61,548 bases of DNA from Nemertoderma westbladi. Its lineage: Eukaryota > Animalia > Xenacoelomorpha. The notes beneath the pieces are model-generated. The model searched no databases. It saw nothing but the letters and a program-made list of their open reading frames with translations, and had not been told where the DNA came from. Positions within the stretch are counted from its first letter, which is position 1. Each line of letters starts with the position of its first letter. The position numbers and the translations under genes were made by a program. The DNA lies in assembly GCA_032718475.1 (NCBI GenBank), contig JAUCBJ010003461.1, forward strand, positions 1-61,548, written 5' to 3'. Below are positions 39,756 to 52,819 of the stretch, one piece after another.

Positions 39756-40839
39756 GAAAATAAAAGGTAGGATAGTGCAGTAGTGTGATAAACACGTTTG
39801 GAAACAAGTGTGACGTTATGCTGTTATGAAAGGTTTTATAAAAAAAAATTATATTTAAAATTTTATCCATACAGTATATTTCTCTAGTTCAATTTTGGAA
39901 TAAAAAATTTCATTGCGAAATCTAATAACTATTTACATACATATAATGCGTACATGGATGGAGTTCTTGGAAATGCTGCTACCAGAGTAAGTACGGAAAC
40001 GGAAATAAGGTAACATAATGTAATCAAGTCATACTGTATGTTTACGTTAACCGATCACAGTTCTGAATTAAAAATGTAATGTTCTTAGTGGAATGATATA
40101 CTTTTATTTGTATATTTACATTCATATTTATGTACTTTTATTTGTTTATTTAAAGGTCAGCAATAATATTAAAGGTTTTGAAAAGAATATGCTCTTTCAT
40201 TTGATGTCATTTTCGGGCGAAATTTTGGCCGAAATATTTTATGACATTTTTTCAGCTCTTTCATTTGACAGTTTGATGTCATTTTCGGCCAAAATATTTT
40301 GTTACATTTTTTTCAGCTCTTTCATTTGATGTCCTTTTCGGCCGAAATCTCGACCGTTACGGAATTACATTTCGCACGGCTTTTCCCAGTTAAAGTGTTA
40401 CCTGGTGTTTAGAAGATGACTTAAATGAACTATAATTTATGAGGCATAGTAAGACAAATTATCAGAGAACTTATTGATTTCGTTAGTTTTATTCAATTTG
40501 AATCGGATTTATTATTTTTAATATCGCAAACATTACGTTACAGAATTACACAAAAAAGACAAGGCTTTTTTTGAATTTTTTTACAGTGAAAGTTCTGCGA
40601 ATTATTGAGTTTTTAATTTTAACTAAACATATTGCGCATAAGTAAAGATGTTTAAAATGCCCGCCATGGTAAAGATTGACCAGATTTTGCAATCACTTTG
40701 GTGTTACAGATTTATTGGTGTCGTTATGGAATTACAAACCAGATCGTTACAGAATTTCGTGCGAATGTGAGAAGTTATTGAAATGCGATAATTGTCATTG
40801 TGATATACATACAACACCATGGGCCGGAATATAGTGCCA

Positions 40840-41260
40840 TGACCCCCCCCCCCGCCAATTGTTCTTCAAGTCTTAATGAGATTAATTGAAATTTGAAACA
40901 AAGAGGATTTAATTTCCCGACCACTTAGTGGGAAGGCCGGAATTTTTATTTTTGCTTTCAATCTTTAGCTACAAGCGTTTAAAAAAAGAGTCGCCGGCGA
41001 TATTGCACCAGTTACACTTCCCAACCAAATTCAAATGTTTTTACATCCTAGGAATCCTTGCACAACCAGCTTTACATCAGCACCAAAAAATCACTATAAG
41101 GTTGAAAAATAACTGCGGTGGTGCTGGTGCAATCTCGGCGGAGACACTTTTTTTATGGCTTGTAGCTAAAGATTGAAAGCAAAAATAAACTTTATGGCTC
41201 ATCATCTCATTATCATTACGATTTGAAGAAATATTTGGGGGGGGGGGGGGGGGTTGGGGG
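40840..41260. mobile_element. Small foldback/MITE-like palindrome
   Basis: Perfect 32-bp arms at 40945-40976 and 41158-41189, extending imperfectly inwards. Poly-C near 40843 is mirrored by poly-G near 41237. Confidence 0.75.
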
Positions 41261-41355
41261 TCGTTTCATTCAATTACGACAATATATTCCGCACACATGT
41301 TCTACAAAAGTGGTAATTTAATACAATACTTTGAATGCCAACGTTAGAGGTAACG

Positions 41356-42240
41356 ACACTAACGTTTCGCATTGTACCAGTCTAAAACAACACTAACGTC
41401 TCGAAGTGTACCAGTCTAAACCTACACTAACGTCTCGAAGTGTACCAGTCTACACCAACATTAACGTATCGCATTGTACCATTCTACACCAACATTAACG
41501 TATCGCATTGTACCAGTCTACACCAACATTAACGTATCGCATTGTACCAGTCTACACCAAAACGAATGTCCCGCAGTGTACCAGTCTACATCAACACTAA
41601 CGTCTCGAAGTGTACCAGTCTAAACCAACACTAACGTCTCGAAGTGTACCAGTCTAAACCTACACTAACGTCTCGAAGTGTACCAGTCTACACCAACATT
41701 AACGTATCGCATTGTACCATTCTACACCAACATTAACGTATCGCATTGTACCATTCTACACCAACATTAACGTATCGCATTGTACCAGTCTACACCAAAA
41801 CGAATGTCCCGCAGTGTACCAGTCTACACCAACATAACGTCTATCAGTGTACCAGTCTACACCAACATTAACGTATCGCATTGTACCAGTCTACACCAAA
41901 ACGAATGTCCCGCAGTGTACCAGTCTACATCAACACTAACGTCTCGAAGTGTACCAGTCTAAACCAACACTAACGTCTCGAAGTGTACCAGTCTAAACCT
42001 ACACTAACGTCTCGAAGTGTACCAGTCTACACCAACATTAACGTATCGCATTGTACCAGTCTAAACCAACATTAACGTATCGCATTGTACCAGTCTACAC
42101 CAAAACTAATGTCCCGCAGTGTACCAGTCTACACCAATACTAATGTCTCGCTGTGTACCAGTCTACACCAACACTAATGTATCTCAGTGCACCAGTCTAC
42201 ACTAACACTAATGTATCGCAGTGTACCAGTCTAAACCAAC
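41356..42240. repeat. 34-bp minisatellite (tgtaccagtctacaccaacattaacgtatcgcat), about 26 copies
   Basis: tgtacc recurs every 34 bp (41441, 41475 and onward). Confidence 0.95.
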
Positions 42241-42793
42241 ATATTTCGGTAGAGATTTTCGGGCGAAAATGACATCACATTGAAGAGCTTAAAAAATGTA
42301 ATAATATATTTCGGCCCAAAATTCAGTCGAAATTTTGGCCGAAAATTTAGCAGAAATTTCGGCCGAAAATTCAGTCGAAATTTCGGAAAATGACATCAAA
42401 TGAAAGAGCTGAAAAAATGTAATAAAATATTTCGGCCGAAAATGACATCAAATGAAAGAGCTGAAAAAATGTAACAAAATATATATTTCGGCCGAAAATA
42501 TGTTTTGAAATTCTCAAATATTCTTTTTAAAACCTTTATTATTATTGCTGACCTTTTGGCGTTAACGGCGCTTCATATTTACCTTGCCAAGTAATAGTGT
42601 TATGATAAAAAACTAATAAATTTTGAACTAAAAAATTTACTGTTTTTCTAAACATATGCTTAAAACATATGTAAGTATGGAAATCGTAAACGAAAAAGTT
42701 GAGATAACCTGCCACGAATGCATATGACGACTTAAATACATACAAGACAATACATATCTCAATTAAAATTTCCGTACTTACATATGTTTTTAG

Positions 42794-43204
<411 letters not shown>

Positions 43205-43332
43205 TAAAGTTAGCACTTCAAAAAAGTTAGCTCTTTAGATTAAAAAGCTGCTGTGTAGTTAGACCTTTAGAGGTTCTACAGAGACTATGGTACCGAAAGG
43301 GTTAAAATAGCATAAAGAATGACTTAACTTAC

Positions 43333-43606
43333 CCCATCAATGTTTAAGTTATCAACCTCTAAAGTAAAGCCAGTCATCTCGTCGTTCTCCGGTTTGCAGC
43401 CGGTGACGAAGATTGCAACAGTTGGTGCGGCCAACACAGAACTTGAGTTACAATTTAGTAGAGGAATGTTGTGGTTCCTCTTTCCTCGGAATGACGGTTC
43501 CATTAGCCGAACGGCCGCACCAACAACAACCCCAGCGACAAAGAATCGATCGCTGTCGATTCCTTTTTGGTTGATAAGGGCGAAGGTTTCCCCCGAAGAG
43601 AGATCT
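43333..43606 (-). CDS. Exon 2 of the spliced OB-fold-like gene
   Basis: ctctag|A acceptor (phase 2) and GGG|gtaagt donor (phase 0). 274 nt = 1 + 91 codons. DLSSGETFALI...VRLMEP...IPLL...TGFTLEVDNLNIDG. Confidence 0.75.
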
Positions 43607-43941
43607 CTAGAGACAATATAAATTAAATAATGTACTATTCTATATCTCATGACAATTAGAATTTGTTATTTACATTACATCTACTCATTCACTAATAGGT
43701 CATTTGGTAAAGCGCCTAACTTTAGACCTATAAGTAATGAGTTCGATACTGGGTCATTGCTTTATTTTTATTTTGGAAAATTATGTAATCCCGCCCTGGA
43801 AATAAATATTTTATTATCTATTATTTACAAAAACCTATACTTATTCTTTATAATATTTCATATAAACGTATACAATAGTGTAAATAATTATTTGATACCT
43901 ACATAAACATAAATTATCACATATTATATAGAAACACTTAC

Positions 43942-44120
43942 ATCATGAACACCATTGTGTTGTAACTTAGTCGAGGTTTTTTCGACGGCTGTTCACCTTT
44001 TTTGTCCCTTTTCTTTTTGATTCCGTTGGATACATGCAGTATCACAGCTTCCATGAATGTGTGAGTCGAAGTCCCTCCCCTGGCCACTACTGCTTTAAGT
44101 TGAGTTGGAAGATTATTCAT
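43942..44120 (-). CDS. Exon 1 of the spliced OB-fold-like gene, with a basic NLS-like patch (KKKRDKK...KKPR)
   Basis: ATG at 44120 and AT|gtaagt donor (phase 2), matching exon 2. 179 nt = 59 codons + 2. Confidence 0.65.
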
Positions 44121-44174
44121 TATAAGGAAATTAAGAAATATTGACTTAATGTAATTTAATTTAATCTTTAGTTT

Positions 44175-45122
44175 TGCTACTACTAGGATCGGCATGCTGC
44201 ATTGCAGCTGCATTTTTAAGAATGCTGTGCCGGCTTGTCAACAAAATTGCACCGCCACAACTCCCTATCACCCATGACATTTGCTAGATCATCCGCATCT
44301 TTAAGGCCAGTGTCCTTTAAGATGCGTCTCAAGAAAGTCATGGGCTGTCCACCATGCTTATTCACTCCATGAGGCTGCCAAAGTACAAGATTATGCACTG
44401 GCTGGTCCTCACGGCGAAAGCAATGTCCTGCAAAGCGGAGGCGATTTTGTTCTAGTGTCAAGCTTGGGGGAACCAATGAGACACCTCCAATGTTATATAG
44501 TGTCTGGTTGGAGATGTGTGCATTGTACTTGACACAATGTACCCGGCGTAGCATTCTTGTGAATGTGCCATCCAGAGATTTGGTGTCCTCACCAGTTAGA
44601 GCCCAGCATGGACTCCCGTAGAGGAGTACTGGAACTACTGCTGCTCTAAATAATCGGACCTTAAGTTTCCGATTAATTCTAGGTGACTTCCAAATCTTGG
44701 AAAGCCTATTCAAGGCTGCCCATGCCTTTCCCTTACGTATTCGAAGGTCCTCACCTGACTTCCGGATCCATGATCCCAGGTAACAGAAGTCGTCCACATG
44801 CTCAAGCATACCATCCTTTGAGCTTATGCTCATCCGATCAGAGACTTGCTGAGGACTTTCAAAGTTAACTGTCAGAATTTTGGTCTTTCTGGAGTTAATA
44901 AAAAGACCAACACTAGAAGCAGCATGTTCTAATGAGCTGAGGAGCCGCTGGGCTCCCTCTAATGATTCTGAGAGTACTCCTAAGTCATCAGCAAAGTCTA
45001 GATCAGTTAGGTACTTGGCAGGATTTCCTCGACTTCTGGAGCCAGTAGGTGGAGTTATCATCACCCCATCATCATTATGATGATCTAAGGACATGCGTAG
45101 AACATAGTCAACCACAATAAAC
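44175..45122 (-). mobile_element. 5'-truncated RTE-like LINE; RT C-terminal part still open (~300 codons)
   Basis: DLDFADDL, KTKIL, DFCYLGSWI, KAWAALNRLSKIWKS, VLLYGS and RLRFAGHC, plus a (tag)n 3' tail. Best-preserved copy in the window. Confidence 0.95.
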
Positions 45123-45880
45123 CACAAATATTCCTGTTTGTTTGCTAACAGAAAGATCTACTGTATAAATACAGAATGATAGGCATCATAATGCCCTGAA
45201 TTCATTACACGACGCCGATATATTTATATGTTTAAGCTTTAATATGTAATGCAATCGACACTGCAAGATATTTTCCAGGTATTTATTCCTTCTACTAATA
45301 TATAGATAGTTTTCTTAATGAATTTATGAAATTCTTGTAATCTTACTCTTATTTTTTTTCCTGTATTTTATATTTATGTCATATATATCTTATATGTTTC
45401 TTATATGTTTCTTATATGTATCTTATATGTATCTTATGTATCTTGTATCTTATATGTATCTTTTATATATCTTATCTATCTTATATTCTCAATCTTAATA
45501 TTTAATACAAATTAATCTCACTATAATATATTATTTAGTAATGATTCTGTCGGCTGCTCTGACCTTATAGACCTATATCTTATAAGAACTATAATACTTA
45601 TATTTACTATATCCTTATATTACTATATAGTTATATTATTACTAAAGCTCTGTATTATATTTTATACGCCTACTCTATTTATAATATATAACATTTGTTT
45701 ACTATCTGTTTAAAATATTTTTAAATGTGGTTGATTTTCAGAATTACTATGTAAGCTTAAGTTATAATTATGTAATAGTAATTACGAAAACATAATTATT
45801 GTGTCATTTATGCCTGCTAATATAGTACAATGTCATATAATTTTGCACCACTTTCACTACTAGTAATGGTTTTATAACTA

Positions 45881-46142
45881 TGTGGGGCGAGCCACGAAGT
45901 GAGCGAAGCCTTAGAATATGGGTGCCATTGGCGATTTGTTGTCAAACGTGGCACGTTATGTAGTGCGTCAAAAGCTTAGAAAGAGTCTGAAGTTAGGTCA
46001 AAAAGAAACTAACACAACACGGCACTACATGAGGACAATTATTGTCTTTAAGACTTTTTACTAACGGCAGACAACTCGTTAATGTTTCCCACATGCTAAA
46101 GGCTTTGCTCACTTCGTGCTCCGCAAAGGCCTCATGAACGTC
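45881..46142 (+). mobile_element. Short HINE-like element with a 20-bp inverted repeat
   Basis: cacgaagtgagcgaagcctt (45893-45912) vs aaggctttgctcacttcgtg (46099-46118), 19/20 match. Absent from the paralogous site in block A. Confidence 0.7.
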
Positions 46143-47412
46143 ATGATCGTGTCATTGTTGATAATTTAAAATATTATAGCGTTGCGGCGCGAATAATAGA
46201 ACTAGGGAAATTAAAGCTTTAATGTGCTAATTATGAACAATATCGAATCTCATTTTATTTATTTGTTGGGTATTATTTCTAGTTATATACTTAAACTTTG
46301 TAGAACAACCTAAAAATGACGCGATGACATACTGCATATACTGCAAATGCATTTTTTAATTCAACACAAAATTTATTTTACAGAAATAAATAAAACATTT
46401 ATATGATGTAGAGTACTAAGTGTTAAAAATAATGTAGAATTGTTGTTGCACAGACACGAAATATTACATAACTTTTGACTGCATGCATGGATTTTGATAG
46501 AATTACATGCAAAACTTTTATACGTCAATGGTTGTTCAACGTATTTAATAAAGTTTAAATAATTTCACCAAAAATATTTTCTTAACTTTTTTGCAAAGTA
46601 AAATGAATTGATTCCCATGGATTACTATTTTTCCATAAGGAAAAAAACTGGAACTTTTTCTCCCGATTTTGCTATAAATTCGAGTGAAAAAGTAACAATT
46701 TAAGAATAAAACTTTACTTAACTTATGTAAACTATGTAGTACAGTTCTACTTTACATAAGTAATTTATAGCTATGAAAACCATTATTTATTGAAAAATAA
46801 GCATTTTTAAATTTTGAACTGCCTTTTATAGAAAACGGAACCCTATTTTCGTAATTTTATTGAAATTTTAGATGATAGAAAGAGCTTCTTATTGGTTATT
46901 AATCTTGTTATCACTTCATCAATAATTAAGTCATTCTTTGACCTAATATCAATGGCATTTCACCTTTGTGGTTTCCTTCTGTAAGACGGCTTATATAATG
47001 CAATACGCATCAATAAAGTGACTCATATTCGCTTCTCAACACAAATTTCAACAACCTATTACAACAGTTGGAAATGTGCCACTAAGCAGAACACGAGCAT
47101 CCAATAAGCATGACTCACACACATACTAAGCAGTACCATAAATGTACATGAGGGCAATAACACAACCCTGTTAAGGAAACAACATGACTCATATCCTCCA
47201 TTCCTTAAAGGCAGTAGCCAGTTACAGTTTAATAATCAATACATTGCACTACACCAGTATCCAATCCAACTACAAGAAAGCCTTATACAACAATTCATGA
47301 TTGACATCCAGGAGACAGTTTAACACTTAGAGATTGCACGAATATTGAATATTCTCTAACTATACCATATGTTTGTCAAAATTATAAAATTTGTGAAGCA
47401 CATGCTTATATT

Positions 47413-48110
47413 CATACTACTACTTCTTTAAGGATCAGCATGCTGCATTGCAGCTGCATTTGAATAATGCTCTGCCGGTTTGTTTACAAAATTACGCCGC
47501 CACAACTCCGTATCGCCCATGACATTTACTACATCAACCACATCTTCAAGGCCAGTGTCCTTTAAAATGCGTATCAAGAAAGTCATGGCCTGTTCACCAT
47601 TCTTATTCACTACATGAGGCTGCCAAAGTACAAGATTATGTACTGGCTGGTCCTCATGGCGAAAGCATTGTCCTGCGAAGCAGAAGCGATTTCATTCTAC
47701 GTGTATTCTATAGATTTTATATAGTGTCTGATCTAAAATGTAAAAATTGTACTTTACACAATGAACCCAGCGTAGCATTCTTGTGGAAGTGCAATCAAGA
47801 GATTTGGTGTCCATACCAGTTAGATCCTGGCATGGACTCCCATAGAGGAGTACTGGAACTTGTATTGCTCTAAATAATCTGACGTCAATTTTCAAATTAT
47901 TACTATGACATTTATAAATCCTGGAAAGCCTATTCAAGGGTTGCCGGGTCTTTCCCTTGCGTATTCGAAGGTCCTAAACTCACTTACAGAGATCCATGAT
48001 CCCAGGTAACAGAAGTTATCAACATGCTTTAGCATACCATCCTTTGAGCTTATGTTGATCTGATCAGAGACTTTGTGGGCACTTTCAAAGTTTACTTTCA
48101 AAGTTTTGGT
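47413..48110 (-). pseudogene. Decayed RTE-like LINE 3' fragment
   Basis: RLFRAIQVPVLLYGSPC and MTFLIRILKDTGLED. Confidence 0.88.
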
Positions 48111-48444
48111 ATATGCGGTTTAATATAATTCTATTCCATAGCTTTGCAGCAATGGAGATCAATGAGATTTCCTCAAAAGAACCATACAGTGTGTTAGGTT
48201 TCCCTTCTTAATAACTGCAACTAATTTATTTGTTTTAATTTCATATGCAACTCCTGTTTTTCTGTACATGTCTACTATGATTAGATGTATTGATAACATT
48301 ACATTACACTATTTCCCTTACAACAACAATTACTGTTAACATTTACTATTTGGGGGGGGGGGGGGGGGGTGGTTTAATTCGCTTTATTGTGCGATCACAA
48401 CATCTTCATTTACAATATGAAATTCATTCATCACCACTTTTATT

Positions 48445-49140
48445 CATACTACTACTAATATAAGGATCTGCATGCTGCATTGCAGCTGCATTTGAATAAT
48501 GCTCTCCCCGTTTGTTTACCAAATTACATTGTCACAACTCCGTATCACTCATGACATTTGCTAGATCATCCGCATTTTCAAGGTCAGTGTCCTTTAACAT
48601 GCGTCTTAAGAAAGTCATGGATTGTCCACCATTCTTATTCACTATATGAGGCTGCCAAAGCACAAAATTTTGCACTGGCTTGTCCTGACGGCGATAGCAA
48701 TGTCTTGGATAGCGAAGGCGGTTTTATTATACGTGTATTCTATACATGTTATATAGTGTCTGATTCAAAATGTAAGCATTGCACTTGACACAATAAACCC
48801 GGCGTAGCATTCTTTAGAATTTGCCATCCAGAGATTTGGTGTCCTCACCAGTTAGATCCTAGCATGGATTCCCATAGAGGAATACTGGAACGTTTGCTGC
48901 ACTAAATAATCTGACGTTAATTTTCAGATTATTGCTATGACATTTAGAAATTCTGGAAAGCCTATTCAAGGCTTGCCGGGTCTTTCCCTTACGTATTCGA
49001 AGGTCCTAAACTCAGTTCCAGATCCATGATCCCAGGTAAGAAAAGTTCTCGACATGGTCAAGGATACCATCCTTTGAGCTTATGCTGATCTCATCAGAGA
49101 CTTTGTGGGAACTATCAAAGTTTACTGTCAATGTTTTACT
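48445..49140 (-). pseudogene. Decayed RTE-like LINE 3' fragment (tandem duplicate; closest to 22795-23425)
   Basis: Nucleotide similarity to 22795-23425 and 47413-48110. Confidence 0.85.
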
Positions 49141-49441
49141 CTTTTTGGTATATGCCGTTTAATATAATTATATTTCATAGCTTTGCAGCAATGGATATCA
49201 ATGAGATTTCCAGAAAATAACCATACAGTGTGTTAAGTTGCCCTTCTTAAAAACTGCCACTAACTTATTTATTATTATTTCTTGTGAAACTCTTGTTTTT
49301 CTATACATGTCTACTATGAGGGGATGTATTGATAACATCACATTCCACTATCTCCCTTACAACAACAATTCCTGTTAAAATTTACTATTAGGGGGAGGGG
49401 GGGGGGGGGTTTATTCGCTTTATTGTATACATTTAGTGTTC

Positions 49442-49472
<31 letters not shown>

Positions 49473-52011
49473 GGGAGGTTGTTAAGTCGCTTCAAAACAT
49501 TTTGTCATTTATGAAGATTCCCTAACACTTAGGCTGCAATTGCATTAAACAAATACCATTACGATAAACAACCATATTCTATGTATATTTAAAAAAATTT
49601 CATAACCCTATGACCCTATTTCACAACGAAATCAGTAATACATATTAAATAAACAATATAAATTCCTTGTCCTGATCCATATAGATAAAGAAATCTTTGA
49701 GATCGTAGTCATTTCAATCCTCATCCACATAATTTGTCTGTCCTGCGGAATAAATAATGAATATAATTAATTGTATTGTCAAAATAGGCGAAAGTTTCTC
49801 CGTTTTAAATTAACATAGCCACTTGTGGAATGATTGAGATTAAATGTGTATTTGAATGGATCTAAAATCACCCTCCATATGGTGCGCCGTATTAAAAAAA
49901 AACCCCAATGCGATCCCAAGATATTTATTTACAATATGAAATTCATTCATCACCAGATATATGAATAGAGCAAATAAATGGGGGAAGTGTTGATTAAATA
50001 TGACACAGCGTTCCGGTGTTTCAATTTCTTTGTAACTACATATTGAATTTCGTCTCAGCAACTGTAGGTAGCAGCGATCTACATTGTACACTGAAACACT
50101 TGTTGTAATATTACCTTAACAGTTCTTCTGGTAGCCTAGTGATAGATGCGGTTATTGCTTTAAGGCTGTCAGTATTATTACCTCGCTATCTAATAATACC
50201 ATATATGGTAATTCACTTGGAGCTTACATAAGCCTTACCATTGGTCGTTACATTGAATTATTCGAACTGTAGGGTACACTGATATTCCGCTGGCAGTTCT
50301 ATTGGCAGGTTGTGATTGGCTGGCTGACTGTAATTGCATTACGCATTCAGTTCTTGAGCTATATAATTAAATAATCAGTTCCTATATTTCATTAGTTATT
50401 GAATTTTGTTATCCCGCAAGTATTTGGAAAATTATACATAATTATTATTTGCGTATTTTTTCTCTGTGTTTTTTTTCCGTATTAACAACAAAACTTCAAA
50501 GGTAAGTTTAATATTACCCAAGGTGGTTTGCTCTTGCAGATTCAGATAAACCTGCTTGCCTGTTTGACTGTTCTGATACTGCAGTACTTGGTACATTACT
50601 GCATTACAGCATTATGTTTTTGAATGTCTAGAAGTCGAACTGTTATGACTACTACAGTAGGAAGCATAAGGTTATTACTGATTTACCTGAAACAACAGTA
50701 AGCAAAAACATACCGATGTACATTGTACATACATACAGATGTAGGCCATACTTTCTATACAACTTTTACACTGTTGAAAAGTTTTATTTTCTCCGCCAAA
50801 CGCTGTATTATTTTAAGTGCATAAAATCGTGGAGCGGTAGATGCAAACATTGTGCTGAGCGGACCTTTTGGCACCGTGTCCGGCGTAGCAAATTTCTGCA
50901 CCAGCTCCTGGGATCCCGGCGCATTATACAGTTATAGGCGTATTTCTATCTATTTTATGTTAGGCCTACTAATTTTTTGTGTTGGAACTGTTATCATAGG
51001 CGTACCTACCTGCCGCTCCTACGACCTAGCACCTTCGCAAGCAGTCTAGCGGCTGAAAGGCCAAAGTTGTTGTTTTTTTATTACCGGTAGTGATCTGCCG
51101 ATGGTCCTACAGGTGCGTAACGGTAATTTTTTTTAAGCGCCGTCGTATACACTGACAGAGGTCAGGCTGCAAACGACCACTGAATTGCACACAACGCCTG
51201 CACACAATTACGTACATTGACTACCGTCAACTTTACATTGGGTGCGGGATGGGGAGGGGGGAGGTGTGGGATTGAGGATGAGTACAACTGGGATTGAATA
51301 TAACGTGTAATTGCACAGGTGTTAGTTTAATCAGGTTAAGTGGAACCAAAAAGAGTTTAATTATTTTAGGAATTGAATCCAACATTGCAATCGCGATCCC
51401 GTGACAAATAAATAAACAATTTCCACATTTCATGACATTAGAAACATATAGTTTCAAACCATGTTCATTTCTTGAGACATAATTTGCAGCAATAAAAGTT
51501 GCGCCGTGTATGTTGCGACCAAAAATAGAAACAGATAACAACCGGGGGGGGGGGGGGTTCGGCGTTCCCTACCGCAATATTTCCCTAAATTTCTAACAAA
51601 AAAATTTATTGTTTTGGTTAGAAAAAGTTGTCTCTGTAAACTGCAACTTTCCTTCATTTGGTAACAACATCTTTTATTATTTTGGTTAGAAAAAGGTATA
51701 ACAATAAACGTTTATAAATATAAAACATTTAGGTCTTATTTTGTGTTTTTAATGTTATCTAATATTTTCTTTCATAGGTGCCAATCACTGTCATCGATGC
51801 TATAAAATTCATGATGGATGGATGGATTGACGGATGACGAATATCGACGGTCGCCGACTGTCCGCCCTGTTGTTCAGAGCTGCGCTGGCACAAGTTACAA
51901 TGAAAAATTTTCAGGCAAGTTTCAATGAAAAATCTACTTATACTAGAATGTAACGAACGGACCATCGTACAACATGAATTAAATAATATTGTTGGGAATG
52001 ACATTTCCTGC

Positions 52012-52620
52012 CGCAATAATTTTTATTGTCAGTTTAAATCCCTTTTTTTTGTTTTACTTTTTATGTCCTCCAGAAATCTACTGTTAGGTACCATGCTACC
52101 GGTTTCTCTACTGCTGTTCTCGCAGGCTATCAGTACCGGTATTCGTTTTTCTTGACTTTCTATGTCCTCCAGAAATTTACCGTTATGTTCCATGCTACCG
52201 GTTTCTCTACTCCTGTTCTCTCAGGCTATCAGTACCGGTATTAGTTTTTTTTTACTTTTCATGTCCTCCAAAAATCTACCGTTAGGTTCCATGCTACCGG
52301 TTTCTCTACTGCTGTTCTCAGGCTATCAGTACCGGTATTAGTACAGTAGTATATAGAGCACTATTTTGCAGTATTGCATGTACTGATATAGGTATAAAGC
52401 AGGTATTTTAGTACTGGCACCGGCACCGGTACAGCTGTAGGCCTATTCTGTAGCCTACCATTTAAATACGGTACTGGTAGGCCTACCGACTGATCGGTTA
52501 TTTTGGTTAGAAAATCCACCTCTGTTACGTGCTCCTTTCCCTGATTTAGTAAAGTAACCGTTTATTGTTTTTGTTAGAAATGCCAGCCTCTATAACCTGC
52601 TCCTTTCCTTCATGGTTAGA
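52012..52620 (-). mobile_element. Inverted, truncated copy 4 of the Mutator-like family, with a triplicated ~90-100-bp sub-terminal block
   Basis: cgcaataatttttattgtc is the reverse complement of the right TIR. atgtcctcca...ccatgctaccggtttctctac...cagtaccggtatt occurs three times. Confidence 0.8.
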
Positions 52621-52819
52621 AATGTTTTGGCATATGCATGTTGAAATCAAACATTGGCAAAATTTAAACTGCTGATTAGTTTGTAATATTTACTAGAAAA
52701 TATTTTTTAGGCTACAGTATTCGTATAATCTGCCAATCTCCAGAATTATATCATTTCATTGGCCCATCAATGTTTTACCATATCAATAATTAACTATTCA
52801 ATATACTCTACGTACTACA

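Larger units (their letters stand above)
40154..42554. mobile_element. Non-autonomous TIR element, Kolobok-like (AGG...CCT ends, TTAA on the left flank)
   Basis: ~37-bp TIR aggtcagcaataatattaaaggttttgaaaagaatat vs the reverse complement of atattctttttaaaacctttattattattgctgacct. Mirrored sub-terminal ttcggccgaaa and cagctctttcatttgatgtc repeats. The right flank is tttg, so the TSD is imperfect. Confidence 0.75.
45835..49880. repeat. Dispersed duplication block B, expanded by a HINE-like insertion and a ~1-kb internal tandem duplication
   Basis: Colinear with 21385-23945. Segment 47405-48420 is repeated at 48435-49430. Confidence 0.8.

Noticed and set aside
50500-51990. GC-richer patches that might be further retrocopies
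   Set aside because: I could not recognise any protein motif by eye. A BLASTX search would be needed.
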